Below are positions 9,697 to 23,024 of a DNA stretch of 64,000 bases, piece after piece; position 1 is the first letter of the stretch, and every line of letters begins with the position of its first letter. The notes below the pieces were generated by a model. It saw nothing but the letters and a program-made list of their open reading frames with translations. It had not been told where the DNA came from and made no database searches. The translations under genes and the position numbers were made by a program. Source of the stretch: Lama glama. Taxonomy: Eukaryota. The stretch spans positions 82,462,001-82,526,000 of the forward strand of contig CM052816.1 of assembly GCA_028534125.1 (NCBI GenBank), read 5' to 3'.

Positions 9697-11872
9697 CAAT
9701 AAACTGGAGTCAACTCAGAATTCAGAGCTCAAGGACTAGTGTATCCAAAGGCTCATTGTCCATTTTAAACTCTTAAACCTAAATAAGTCTTATGTGGCTC
9801 TAAAGTATGTCTTGCAAAAGAGAGCAGAGTGTGACTTGGTTAGTGTGAGGAAACTGCAGATGGTGCTGCTCTAGGTAGGACTGGGGAGTAGGTTCCGAGG
9901 GAAGGCAAGTGTGCTTGGAGGTGGCTACTTGTAATGCCATGTTGGAAAAAGGTGCTGAGGCTGCATTCAAAGACAGAGGGACTGCCGGTCGTCAATGAGC
10001 AGTGTCACCAGGGCGGTGGAAAGGGAAATCGGTACCACGCAAACCGCTGCTTTGTCGTTTCTGGGCTAGGAGCAGTAACAGAATATGCAGTCAGTTTGAA
10101 TGTGACTTTTATCATCCATAAATTAATTCTACAAATCCTCCTGGATGCTCAGGTGGGCCTTCTTTCCTCACTAATCTTTATGTACTCCTCCTGAAGATGT
10201 ACTCCTCCTCTCTTGAAATGATAACTCTTCTTTGGTCAAGTAGCTGCATTATTCTGCCAAAAGCAACAAAAATTAGCTTCTGAGAAGAAATGCCCACACA
10301 CTGGTATATTTATTTTAATCCATTTTCAAGAGTGTTGGGGATTTCTGTTAGCATCTACGTTGTAGTACCAATATAAATATCACGTATCTAAGTAATGGCA
10401 GTAAATTATGAAAAAACAACAAGGAACGTTTTAATAGTTTTCATTGTGGATTTGAAGAATGAGCCAACATTTGTACATTCTACTGGGCAAAATCATCCTT
10501 TGAAAACAGAATTGTATAAAACTAGTTTTTGTAATCAGGAGCTCTCAGATTTGTGTGTTTTATTTTGATTTTACTGTTCATGGATCATTTCCCAGGAAAA
10601 TAAATGACAGAAAGATTAATGCAATAGGGATCTTTTAAGGATTTTATTTCTGTATTGACTGATATGTTCTTAACTTTGAATGATATTGATCCATATTTAG
10701 TAGAGAAGTGGTTATATTCTTTCTCAGAATATCTCGTTGGTATTGGCAATTTTAAAAAATATGCAGTTAACATTCTTAATATCAATTGCAAGTGTATTGT
10801 TTCAGGTGTTAAGTGATGGATTAAAGACAGAAATCAGTAAAAAAGCTAAGATGGCATTTCAGTTTAGGGACATATTAAGCATTTGAGAAAATACATATGC
10901 TTTTTTAATACTACTATTTTTTCTTTAAAGTAACAGTATCTTGGATTTGCTTACTTAAGTACTTAAATAATTCCAAGGAAAGTAGTCAGCTGTTTTTAGT
11001 TACAAATGTTGCATCAAGTTATCTTGATGTGCATATCACATAGAGTTGTCTTTTAACACATAAAGATTTGAGATTGATTAGAAGTGAATTGCTTTTCCAA
11101 ACTACATTAATTATGGTCAAGCAAAATCAGTTTACTTCTAAATGATGAAACTTTCTTTCCCATTTGGATCATCACATCTGCAGATACAGAACTGCTTTGA
11201 AATAAAGTTGGCTTCCAGTATGATAAGGCTGCGGAAGTCAGCATTGTCACCCTTCTCCTGCAAATCATAAAAGGAGCAGTAAGAAGAATGGAAAACAAAG
11301 AAACAAAATTTCATTTGCAGTTAACCCAAGGGACAGAAATAATGTACATATTCCAAAATGTAAGTTGAGCTGCCATGAGTATCTGAGATCTGGTGGAAAC
11401 CACGAAGGAAGAAGTAAAAGGAAGAAGAGGAGGTAAAGGGAAGAAGCACCAAAACAGAAAAAGAAAAGAAAAAAGAGTGAGAGGGCCAGGGAACACAGGT
11501 TTCAGAAAATGGAAGCAAATGCACACTTTTGTTTTAACAATGTTCCTGAACTTAGGGTGAGCAGGTCTAGAGGCAAAAGCCTTTCTGGACTCGATTTGTC
11601 CCTGAGGAGGGGAGGTGGACCTACACAGAGAAGAGCAATGCTTGTAGGTGTTTGTGACAGTAGAGGAGGAAACAGCTACAGAGTTTTCTGGTAGGTCAAC
11701 TGAAAATCACTGGGGGAACTTCAGCAAAAAGACTGGAAGTGAGCACTGAATATATCTAACTCCAGAACAAAGATTAAAATAAGCATGGGGATTAGAATGA
11801 GGGTATACAATGTAAACCTCATTTGTTGTAACAGGAAGAATGATTTCACTTAGAAGCATTGGGAGGGGAAGA

Positions 11873-11950
11873 TTAGGTTGAGCTATATGGAATTGCTATT
11901 TTATAATCCCAAACAGTTGAATATCAGAAATCGCATAGAGTTCAGATTAT
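11873..11950. mobile_element. MADE2-like mariner MITE
   Basis: ttaggttgagctatatggaattgc...aatcgcatagagttcagattat, an ~80-bp degenerate inverted-repeat element. Confidence 0.65.
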
Positions 11951-12333
11951 ATCTAGGGCACTCTCCATTGTGAAATGCTCTATTTTGAGAGTAACACTGA
12001 GTAATAAAAAACACACCACCAATTACAATTTTAGCTTACTCTTGATTGAAAGACACATCATTTCAATTTTAGAGATACTAATAAGTGGGGGAAAATGGGG
12101 TTCTTCCATTCAGTGAAATGTAGAACGAGAAGAATAAAGTATATGTTATAGACAAAGGAAAACATGTAATACCATTGAAAAACGTGATAGAAGAGAAGGA
12201 AGAAGAAAAATGCTAATTTTATCACTGCTCATAATAGACAGCAAATAGATATGACAAAATATAGAGATCTATAGATATGCACAAATTATAAACTAATTAT
12301 AATGTTAATCACTCCATCAAACATACTACGTTT

Positions 12334-12390
12334 ATTAATACAACACTGTACATCAACTGTACCTCAATAAAAATAAATAAATAAATAAAA
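12334..12390 (+). mobile_element. Short L1 3'-terminal fragment with (aaat)n tail
   Basis: ctgtacatcaactgtacctcaataaaaataaataaataaat; flanking aaacata repeats are a possible TSD. Confidence 0.65.
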
Positions 12391-12454
12391 CATATTTTAA
12401 AATGTATTACACTTTCTAAATATCAGAAGAGCTAAACATACCATAACATGTGAT

Positions 12455-12840
12455 ACAAATGTAAAATGAATTAAATAACGAAGAAGTTTATTTCATACTC
12501 AAGTAATAAACCAAGGTTGATTTTACTGGTCATCCAGGTCTCACCTCAGTGCAATAATTCAGACATCCAGCATCCTTTGACTGTAGTTCTGTCATTTTCT
12601 CAGGTTTCACCATCACTTGCCACCAGCAAGGAAGTAGAGAAGGATTGCAGAGGAGATGCAAGTTCTTCTTAAAAGCCTGACCCAGAAAAAGATCAAATCA
12701 CTTTCCTTCACATTCCATTGGCTTGAAATCTCCTTTGGGCACATCCAGCTTCAAGGGAGTCTGGAAAGTGTAGAGTGGAGCTAGGGCTGCAGGAAGAAGA
12801 GGAGGAAGAATTTGGTGAACATTTTGTGCTCTCTGCCACA
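12455..12840 (-). mobile_element. MaLR (MLT1J-like) solo LTR
   Basis: tcactttccttcacattccattggc...caagggagtctggaaagtgtag...ctctctgccaca, antisense MLT1 with terminal tgccaca. Confidence 0.7.
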
Positions 12841-13029
12841 GCCTTCAACTTAAAAAGTAAGAAAGGGGATAACAAAATAACCTAATAAAAATTAAACAGA
12901 ATAGAGAAAGATGAAAATCAGAAATTAATGAATTTGAAAAGCGAAAAATTATAGAACTAAACTCTTAAAGTAAGAGAAGATGTATATTCTGCTACAACTT
13001 GTAAGTAAAGAAAAATGTAAAAAGTTTTT

Positions 13030-13265
13030 AAGTTAAGTTAAAAAAGAATGGATAATTAAAAATATATGTTTGAATTGCTTGTATAAGCATAAAATAATCC
13101 TGGAAAGATAGGTACAAAACTAATGACAGTGGTCACTATGTGTATTTGCAGGGATGGGGATTGGGTGAAAGGACTACATGGAGAGGGTCTTATTGTACAT
13201 ATTCTTATATGATTTTCATTTTTGAACCATGTTAACATACTACTTATTTAAAATATATAAACTAA
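13030..13265 (+). mobile_element. Ancient L1ME/MC-type 3' end
   Basis: ctggaaagataggtacaaaactaatgacagtggtcact...tttttgaaccatgttaacatactacttattt. Confidence 0.6.
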
Positions 13266-14732
13266 AAGGAAATATTATTAGTTAAGCAAAAATGAATTTG
13301 TAAACTTGAGTTCCAGGGTTACTTATGGTCACAGGTTTTGAGGAGGAGAAAATGTTTTTTACGAGGGGCCTCCCAATCAGCTAATGATGCATTAGTGTTA
13401 TAAACAGCATAGATATTGTAGATATGAGACAAACCATGTAAAACATATAATCATAAATGATTTTCACAGAGTGAAATGGTGGTAGCTGATGAAATTTGGC
13501 ATAGCAAATGATGACTGTGTTTCCATAGGCTGACCGGTGGATTGTCTCCCTAGGGCAATGCTAACAACTATCGGACTCCTACTTTCATATTTACTTGACA
13601 CGTTGTATAAAGGGATTTTCCTACTTTGTAGCTGTGGAAGTGCAGAAAATAGAACCCCCAATCTTAGTATTTTATTCCCTGAAGTGATTATGTTAAACTT
13701 CTTTGATGGCATAAAATATGCCTAATTCATTCCTATTTCCCCAGTATTTAAAAAATCTGAGGTTCCGAATTAAATGCTGAATAACTAGTGAAATGTGGTG
13801 TCCTGCGGGTAATAATTCAACCATCAGGTAAAATCAGCAGTGAGTGCTTTGGGAGGCAGTAGAGAAATAATGATGACTAACGAGGACCTTTGGGGACATT
13901 ACTTTCATGTTCTTCTTGAAATAAAGGAAGAAAATGTCTCATAGTCAATATGAGAGCTCTCTATATCAGATGGAGTTGCCTTGTTATCAAAAGAAAGTGA
14001 TTGACTGAAGATTGAAGACAAATGTCGAAGAGGTAGTCAATGGGTAAAAAAGAGAGAAGTAGCAAGAAGCAGTCTAAAAGTACAATCTAAATTGCTTCTT
14101 TTCTTTACACTGCACTCATCTTTGACCCCACTTTGCCCTTTAAATGTCTCAGGATACTGAAGGAAGAGAAGGAAGAGATACTTCAAATAATCCATTTTTA
14201 GTTTGGGTTTGTTTCGGCACCCCCCCCCGCCTTTGTTTTCTTTCCTATATAAGCAATGGGACTTTCTTTTTAACTTGAACATCTTAAAAAAAAAATGACC
14301 CAGCTGAGATGAGTCAGAGTGACAAATGAAAGAAAAATTTTTGTGAAGGCGTGAGTAGCTCGGAGTCAATATCCTCCAAGAGGCTGAGTGAAAGCAGCCC
14401 TCCGCAGCATGGTCTTACCTGACCTACGCAGATATGTCTGTTCATGTGAGGTTAACTCCCCTCAGACTACCTTTTGTGATTCGCATGAGTGGTTGAAGAT
14501 GGACAATCAAAGTACACCTAAGTCTGTGGTCATAGTTCCCTTATCTGGGAAAACCGTGCATAGACAGACACCACAGACAATCCATGCTGTTTGAGGCCAA
14601 GGCAAAAGAAAGTCTCTGCTTGGTTCTAGGTTTCCTAGAGTGGTGATTTGAGGAGGATATTCATTCACATTTTTAAAGATGCTGCTGAATTTCTCATAAT
14701 TCTCAAATTTCTGAGAGTTACAGGAATAATTA

Positions 14733-14845
14733 AGGTAGTTGTGTGTCCAGCTTTGCCTGCGACAGTCTTGGCTTATGCCTGTTGTTGCAGCAAAATTATA
14801 AATAGTGCTTTCCTTCTAAAAAGTGTTCTGGTTCATGTGGACTCT
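14733..14845. mobile_element. MER94-like (hAT-Blackjack) relic
   Basis: gtccagctttgcctgcgacagtcttggcttatgcctgttgt...attataaatagtgc...aaaagtgttctggtt. Confidence 0.65.
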
Positions 14846-15199
14846 CTCAGAAAAACCAATTTTGAGATTTTAGAAATTCCATTTGTGAGAATAGTAACCA
14901 ATATATGTGCATCTCTTTTTCAACACTCACATGAATGACTGGTCCCTGTAGACCCGATTAGTAAGAGGAGTCCTGGCATGTATATTTATTTAAGACCATA
15001 AATGGAGCAAAAATAAATCCAGCTTTATGTGTCTATATGTTCTGAATTTGACTACCATTTCACACATAAAACAATCCAACTTATTTAGGAATATGCATTC
15101 AGGAATTAGCCAAATGTCTGTTAATTCCTATGAAATCTATTTTAAATAGAAGACCTAAGATGGTGATGTAAAGTGTTTTCTTCTTTTTCAGCCTCTAAA

Positions 15200-15275
15200 G
15201 TAAGGTGAGACCAGGGAAGTGGCCAGGTGCAAAATTTAAAGCACTCACTCTCAGATGCGCGCAAGTGCTATCTGC
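15200..15275. mobile_element. MER91-like (hAT-Tip100) fragment
   Basis: ggtgcaaaatttaaagcactcactctcagatgcgcgcaagtgc. Confidence 0.6.
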
Positions 15276-17394
15276 ACACTTATGTTTGTTGAAGACTATT
15301 GATGTGTGCTTCAAGATAAGTCTCAGGCTTTCTCTATTCTAAGCTAAACTTTGTGGTCTCTCCCTATCCCTACTTCAAACTGGGTTATCAACCCTCATGT
15401 GTCTTCTAATCGAATCTTTTGCAAACAAATCACTGTTGTATTGAAAAAGTCTGTGTGTGTGTGGGTGGGTGGGGGGTGGTCTTGTGTTTTTGTTCCTTGA
15501 GATTAGGGACCACATCTTATGCATTTTCACATCTAGGATTCTTATTTTGGGGCCTAATACATGCCATGTGCTCAATGTTTATTGAGCCAAAACAAGCAAA
15601 TGAATTATGAACAAGTAATTCATTCAATTAAATTAATTAAAAATTTGCTCCAAAACTTTTATCATAGCCTCAAAGAATCTATTCCAATAATAATAATAAA
15701 AACTAACATTTTTAACTTTAATAAGTAAATGGTTCAAGTCCAAGTTTTGAGATATTTAATACTTGTATATGGGAGAAAGCCTGAAGATACAATAAAGTTT
15801 ACAGCATTGTCACGAAACCTACAAAGACAGATTCTCATTGGGATCTCTTCTGAACACTTCTTTCCATCCCTTGAGAACTAGCATGAAGTAGTCTTTATAG
15901 TGGAATGTTGACTTATGACTCATCCAAAATGAATAGAGTAGACTTTTATTCCTCTTTTGCTCTGCTGCTTCTTTTCCTGAGGAAAAATGCTAAGCTATTT
16001 TGGGGGTGATTTTTAAGAACATACCAAGTAAATGTGATAAAGTCCAGATATATATAAGGTCAATAAATCATTACTGAACTCAGTTTTTTGAGGGGTCTGT
16101 GATGTCGATTGAGCTAAAATATCTTTTCATTTCTATATTTAAAATATGACCAAGTAGATACAGCAAAGCAACGTAAAATAAATCTGGATGTATTTGGTGG
16201 GGAGAAGACTGGTTGAATTCAATTTTAAGTCCTTGGTTAACATTTGAGTTTCTTCCTTAATATAGAGACAGACAAGACACAGTATGAAACCGTAAGAAAG
16301 GAAAAAAGATCACAAAAGAAGTTAACTTTCAGGATCTCTATAATCATCTTATATTAATATAATCCCACATCCATAATGCACATTTAGTAATGAACTCATG
16401 ACTAAGAATTAAAGCAGTGAGTTGCATAATTACATATTATATTCAATGAGCTCAGGACAATTCAAGTGGAAGTGGATCACAAAGCCTCAATTATCCAGAT
16501 TGACACTCTTGATGAAGGCCAATTCACTGGATAATTGTTCACTTCTCCATCCCTTTGGTCCAATAAATTCCCATTGAGTTAGGAGAGGGAGAGCCAAATT
16601 GCAAAACATTTTTTGTGGCTATTTGAACTTTGGTCTCAGATTTAAATAGGAACCTTTGGCTTCAACTAACACCTGTCTGGACTTAAAGGATGACTAGAAA
16701 CTATTGAGTTTTGTTCACCAGGTGGCTTTTTCTGAGTCTTGTCCAAATCTGGTTGTAATGCTCTTCATGGGTTTATTGTTAGCTGGTGCACCACTGCATT
16801 ATGCATGATTACTGACTTCTCCTTGTATGGAAAAGCTCTACTGTGTCCCAGTAGCGATTTCTCATTTGTGCTCAGTATGCAATTTTCCAACATTACTCAT
16901 ACTTAAGCATCATTTTTCACCACAATATTAATACTCAACTTTCATGATAAGATATCAGGGATGAATGACATATAATATACTTGTGTATAATGTTCAAATA
17001 TTTAAAGTACCAAAAACTAAAAAGTTGTGTGGAAATCTTCCTTCACTGAAATTACTCACTGGATATATTTCCTCAGTAATATGAAGCTTTTATAACATTG
17101 ATTTATTATATTGAAAGTAAGTGCAAAACTGGAACTTAGAGAACAAGACCTTATACTAAATATTTATAGTTTGAAAATAAATATTCTCAAGAGTTTTGCT
17201 GTTTGAAACATTAATTATATTGGGGAAAATTTAATTAGTTTTCATTCCTTGTATATTACCATTTCAAAAGACATAAAATCTTTATTTACCAATTTATTTG
17301 AGTAACACCAAGAATCCTTCTATCTCGGTATTAGAATATATAATCATATAAAAGTAAGATGAGAGATATTTACACACTTCTCCACATACAATGG

Positions 17395-17635
17395 GAGCTA
17401 TGTGTGGTAGGGGGAAAAGACTGGAGACAAGGATTTGAGAACTGGCTCCTAGTTCCAACTCTGCTATTGCATCAGCCATGCTAACGTAATGATTTCATTC
17501 TACTCACTTGTAAAATGGTGATCACATCTGACCTGCTCACCTCAAAGGTTTTTGTGATGATCAAATAAAATGAAGTTTGCGAAGATTGCTTCACAAACTA
17601 TCAAACACTATATAAATTTAGGTCCGGTTATTTTA
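17395..17635 (+). mobile_element. MIR/MIR3 SINE
   Basis: cctagttccaactctgcta...ctcacttgtaaaatgg...acctcaaaggtttttgtgatgatcaaataa. Confidence 0.7.
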
Positions 17636-20600
17636 TTAGCTTTTGGCGCTATGCAGTTCAGCTCAATGAATCGATTAAGGAATCATGAATTTCTGGGGAT
17701 CTATTGTGAAAGCCTCCAGTGAAAAAAAGACAGTCTCATCCTTTTTCTTTGATATGATAAGATTAAGACTTGGAAGGAAGGTTAGAAAATAAATTTAAAA
17801 AGTCATTGCCTTAAGAACATAGACATTAAAAAGGAAAAAAAAAAACAAAAAACAAAAACCAGTAGCTTGAAAGCTAGTTCAGTAGGTTAGGAGGATAGCT
17901 GTGCAAGTCAGCTAACCAATCATGCACCCTAAACTGTAGCGACTCTGTGGATGTTCACAGAAATAGCGTAGTGACTTCTTAGGTGAAGGCCAAAAGCAAA
18001 TTCAGTGATGTCCCATCAAGGCCGTGAGATTTTGCATACCTTCCGGGGGAAATGGGAAAAGAGCTTAGATTGTCTTTTAGCCTAGGGGGATTTAAGTGAA
18101 TAAATGAATGTAAAAAATCAATTGATGATTAAATGAAGGAAGAAGCATCTCTCCACATATTTCCCCCTCTCTATCCTGAAATAAATTACATTTAATATAG
18201 AAATATTCTGTTATCTTTAAATGTAGACTTTAAAAATATTTTTTTATTAAAGTAGTGCACCTCACTGGATTGCTGAAATGCTATCTAAAACTAATTAGAT
18301 TAAGATTTTTCTTTAATCATTATAACCTTTTTTTTTGTATGTGCACTTTTAATAAATCTGATTTAGTAACTGAATTTCCATAAAATTGTCATCTTACAAC
18401 CCTGTTATATTTGGTGCAGTGCTCAAAGTACTAGATTCCATTGCTAACACTTCCAAATAACAGTGACGGTAAACATTTTGGACACTTGTTAAACCAGGAA
18501 AATTGATTCTTGACTGGTGCTATTTAACTTTGATTGGTTTGAGATAGTAATACTTCAGAGAAAAATCATGTAAATCTGTGCTACAATGCTGAAGGAGGAG
18601 TACCCTTTAAACATATGTTAGTATTACAAATCATCAGGGTATTTAGTGTGCTAGGGTATACATGTTTTACTTCAATATAGATACTATTTACAAGAATTTT
18701 TTGGTTTAATGAGTTTTTATTGTTTTATGTCTTCAGAAACAAGCCAGATTCATTTACATGGACATCAATCTATTCTCTTCTCATTATCCTGTTCCTGGTA
18801 TTTTACAACACCCAGATTTATGTTAATAAGAAACAGGACAAAATGACTTAGAAATAGGAGAACGCTACCGGTTCCCTTTGTCAAGCAATATCAGCGAGCG
18901 AGCATTTCTAACTGGGTTCGTGCTGTAGCTGAAGTATAGGAGATGCTACAGAGAGTAAAGGAAGGTGTGAGTCCTCTCCTTTATGAACTTAGACTTGTGA
19001 TGGATAAAGAGCTACCATGATTACAAAAATAATGACACGTAGAAAAATTTAGTGTGTGTGATTTTTGAGTCATCTTTTCAAATTTCATGACACAGCTTAT
19101 TAAAAGAAGAATGACTTCCTTTAATCTAGTGTTGATTATTCTCATTCAGTTCAACACTTAATGGTTCTTGTCCAATCCTCTCAATTGTTACCTTGTGGTA
19201 CCTTGATCTGTTATTCCATTAATTTCTAGACCTCTACTACGTGTTCCTAAAAAATGCCCAAAACTTGTTTGATTAAAAATAATTAAAAAATTATTTCCAG
19301 TTTAGTTTGAAAATGCAGGATTCAATTTGTATTTTTACATGTATCACTTTACTTTCCTCAATAGACCATGCTTAGTTGAAGATTATTAATAGAAATTTAT
19401 CCTTTCAAGTAAGGAAACTGCCACCTCTAATGGTAAGAGAAGCAGAATTCACCTGAATTCACTACAGTAAAACCACCGTTTACATAGCATTAGTGATGGT
19501 AGAGGAAAAGGCATAAAGGAGCTAGAACCGCTTGGGGTGCAAGAGAATTAATTTAGTTAGTTGGCATTTAGTTTTTGCCCCCTGAATGTCTCCGTATCTT
19601 TTTAACACAGCAATTTATAATCTTAGTTTAAACACTTTCAATTTGAAGCTGTAATTATAGTTTATATAATTCATGTTTTCCAAAGAACGCTGTTTCTTTT
19701 TACATAGAAACACTTGCGTATTTCTTTCAGATGTTTAAATATTTCAGCATTGGTAATAGGACAAAAAATCCTTATAATAGCCTTATAATAGCTTTGTTGA
19801 ATGGAATGGAAACCACATATGGGAAGTTAAAAAAAAACCGAATTTTGATATTTGACTGCATCATTTTTAGTGCATTTTCATAAATGTAAAATGTATGTTT
19901 AAGCAAAATGTATAATGTTTTCAGGCAGAAAAGCAACAATAATCATAGCTACATTGTATTAAATTCAGAAATCATAGTGATTACAGATATTTGACAACCT
20001 GGGAATTGCCTATTGCTTATAATTTCATCATATAATTTTCAAGAAGAAAAACTGCTAATCTAGTCTTTGGCACTTTTCTAGAAGACCGTTTACCCTTTAG
20101 TGTCAAGTTATTCCGTATTTTTTCCCTTTTTCACCAATTGCTTTAGAATCTCCTTGCTATCCAGAGGAAAAGAAGAGCTTCTGGAAATCACAAAAGTGGC
20201 AGCTGACAGTGTTAGTAAAATACATATTGTGTAATTCATGGCATGACCAAAGATAGGCCTTTTGTCCTTTAGAAGGAATTATGGTTTATAAAGTTATCTG
20301 TCAATATTGTATTTTATTCTCTATCGTGCTTTTCATGGATAAGTCATCTCAAAGTGTTAGTAAACTGAATTATAAGATCCTATACAAGTAGGTGATTTAT
20401 GCAAATCATTTGAACGTTCCAAGGAAAAATAAATAGGTTAGCTGAATATTCATGTACATCCTGCTTATGATTACATGCAGTAATAAGAGCTAATTAATTC
20501 ATTGGTAATATTTAAACTGTCTTTAATTTTATTGATATTATTTTCAGTATTGTCATAGTCAATAAACATTTCTTAATGTCTTGTATACGTAAAGTATGAA

Positions 20601-20764
20601 GAGCAGACGCATGTAGAGACAGACATGTGGATAATTTATACAAAGCCTTGGCATTGAAAAGCTATTTGCACAGTCCCTACCCTCAAGAAGCCGTAGATCT
20701 GGGGTTAGCTTTTCATGTGTTCACGTGCAGTCTAGTCTACAAAGCAAGCTCAGCATAACCTGAG

Positions 20765-21022
20765 GAGCAGCCTGGAATGGTAGGTACTTCAGGGCACAGA
20801 GCCTGGAGCTGGACTACCTCAGTTCAGATCTCAGCTCGGGCTCTCACTAGCTGAGGGTCTTTGGGCAAGTCATTCAAGCTTTCTGTGACTCAGCTGCTTT
20901 ATCTGCAAGTTGGAGATTGTAATATTGTTTACTTCAGAGTGCTGTAAAGAAGATTAAATACATTAATATTTGTAATATGCTTAGTGCCTGGCACAGAGTA
21001 AGTACTATATAAATGTTAAATC
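20765..21022 (+). mobile_element. MIR SINE, near full length
   Basis: ctcactagctgagggtctttgggcaagtcattcaagctttctgtgactcag...gtgcctggcacagagtaagtact. Confidence 0.85.
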
Positions 21023-21373
21023 TTAACAAATATTTCAAAATAGGATTATCGTTATCAATAGTTGGAGAGATCACTTGGAGATGGTTCCAGAGACGTATAT
21101 ACGAAGGAGACAAAACTTGAGTTAGATCTTAAAGGCAGAGAGTAACAAAAAGACAGAGGAGGACTTCCTAGGTGGATAGGGTGGAACATATTGTCCTACT
21201 GGTGCAGGCTTGGTCCCAGGGCAAATGAGTTTTCAACAATATGAGGAAGGGGTGGATGTTGGGACTGCAGCTGCACAAACGGACCTAGCAACAGGATTAG
21301 CATCCTAGTGGAAAAACTACCAATCAACTCAGATGGCTAAGTGGCGTGGCATGGTGAGCAGGGACATATTAGA

Positions 21374-21873
21374 NNNNNNNNNNNNNNNNNNNNNNNNNNN
21401 NNNNNNNNNNNNNNNNNNNNNNNNNNNNNNNNNNNNNNNNNNNNNNNNNNNNNNNNNNNNNNNNNNNNNNNNNNNNNNNNNNNNNNNNNNNNNNNNNNNN
21501 NNNNNNNNNNNNNNNNNNNNNNNNNNNNNNNNNNNNNNNNNNNNNNNNNNNNNNNNNNNNNNNNNNNNNNNNNNNNNNNNNNNNNNNNNNNNNNNNNNNN
21601 NNNNNNNNNNNNNNNNNNNNNNNNNNNNNNNNNNNNNNNNNNNNNNNNNNNNNNNNNNNNNNNNNNNNNNNNNNNNNNNNNNNNNNNNNNNNNNNNNNNN
21701 NNNNNNNNNNNNNNNNNNNNNNNNNNNNNNNNNNNNNNNNNNNNNNNNNNNNNNNNNNNNNNNNNNNNNNNNNNNNNNNNNNNNNNNNNNNNNNNNNNNN
21801 NNNNNNNNNNNNNNNNNNNNNNNNNNNNNNNNNNNNNNNNNNNNNNNNNNNNNNNNNNNNNNNNNNNNNNNNN
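21374..21873. other. Assembly gap (exactly 500 N)
   Basis: Run of N counted from the coordinates. Confidence 0.99.
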
Positions 21874-22099
21874 AAGTTCAACTAATCTCACCCTTTATTT
21901 GTTGCATTAACTGATCTGACAGCTTGTCTGACTATTTCTTGTCATATGAAAAATCAGCATATACTTAAGTAGCACATTTTGTTTGGTACAGTGGCATTTT
22001 CCAACACCAGGGAGGTTTCTGTTTATAATGAGTTGAAAAAGGAGCATCCTTGTCTTCTTTCCCTTGCATGTAATGACCACACATAGGCCTCTGAAGTCA

Positions 22100-22290
22100 T
22101 ATAAAATAAAATCACTTCCTTAACCCCAAAGGCCGTGTCACTGCTCTTTTAATACACTCCGTTAGCACCTGCAACTCTGTATTGGAAGTACTCACTGCAC
22201 AGGTAATTACTCATTAACATCTGTAATAAGTTATCTGTCTCAGGGCTTTGCATAGTCCTGACACGGAGTAGGTGCCCTGTAAATATTTTC
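22100..22290 (+). mobile_element. L2 3' end
   Basis: gcatagtcctgacacggagtaggtgccctgtaaatattt resembles the L2 3' terminus. Confidence 0.55.
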
Positions 22291-22620
22291 ATTCCACAAT
22301 TTTCTATTGATTGTTTACTGTGTAAAAGGCACTATTTAGACATTGATGGGACAGCAATAAAATAAAACATGATGACTCTTTTCATGGAATTTCCATAGGA
22401 GTAGGGGGGGACACAAAGAACACACATGTAACCTAATCTGAAATATGTCCATGGTCACAAGTGCAATGATAAAAACTAAAACAGAGTAAGAGGACAGGGT
22501 TGGAGGATGCTACTTTAGATACAGTGTTTAGGGTGGACTCTCCATGAAATGACATTTGGACAGAGAAGCAGCATGAAATGATGGAGCAAGATGGGTAGAT
22601 ACTCAGGTGCCTGGGGAAAG
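22291..22620 (-). mobile_element. L2 3' part, antisense
   Basis: ctattgattgtttactgtgtaaaaggcactatttagac...gctactttagatacagtgtttaggg...gacatttggacagaga. Confidence 0.7.
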
Positions 22621-22836
22621 AAATTTCAGATGAAGAGTGAAGTGAGTTAACTGCTGAACTGAGTTAAATCCTTTGTTCTTAAATAGATCATGGGATCTAT
22701 TAGGGATCACGGTCTTTTAAAACTTTACAAAATCATTGATAAAGAAGGATCAAAGAGGAACTTTGCTGTTTGGCTAAGATCATAATTTCTTTGAAACTGT
22801 CATAGAATTGGATACACACATGAGCTTTTGTGTATC

Positions 22837-23024
22837 CAGAGCAGGATTTTGTGGAACCTAACACTTAACATAGTTTTGGAAGCTTATATAAGAAGAAATG
22901 TTCACAAATGTCCTATTTTATTAATTTTACAAAACATCTGACCAAGTAAGCACTGCCGGGGCCTTGGACAGTGAGGGATCTGAAAACTTCAGTTTTATTA
23001 GCTTCATGGCAAACCCACCTCTGG
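22837..23024. mobile_element. MER45A-like (hAT-Tip100)
   Basis: ggggccttggacagtgagggatctgaaaacttcagttttattagcttcatggcaaacccacctctg terminus. Confidence 0.7.

Noticed and set aside
15192..15204. Microexon-like ttctttttcag|cctctaaa|gtaagg
   Set aside because: 8 or 13 nt, not frame-preserving, and the donor overlaps a MER91-like relic
16715..16728. CTCF-like motif tcaccaggtggctt
   Set aside because: Mismatches at both ends of the core; a single partial match is expected by chance in 64 kb
21333..21914. Four long ORFs of 170-193 aa
   Set aside because: Artefacts of translating the N gap
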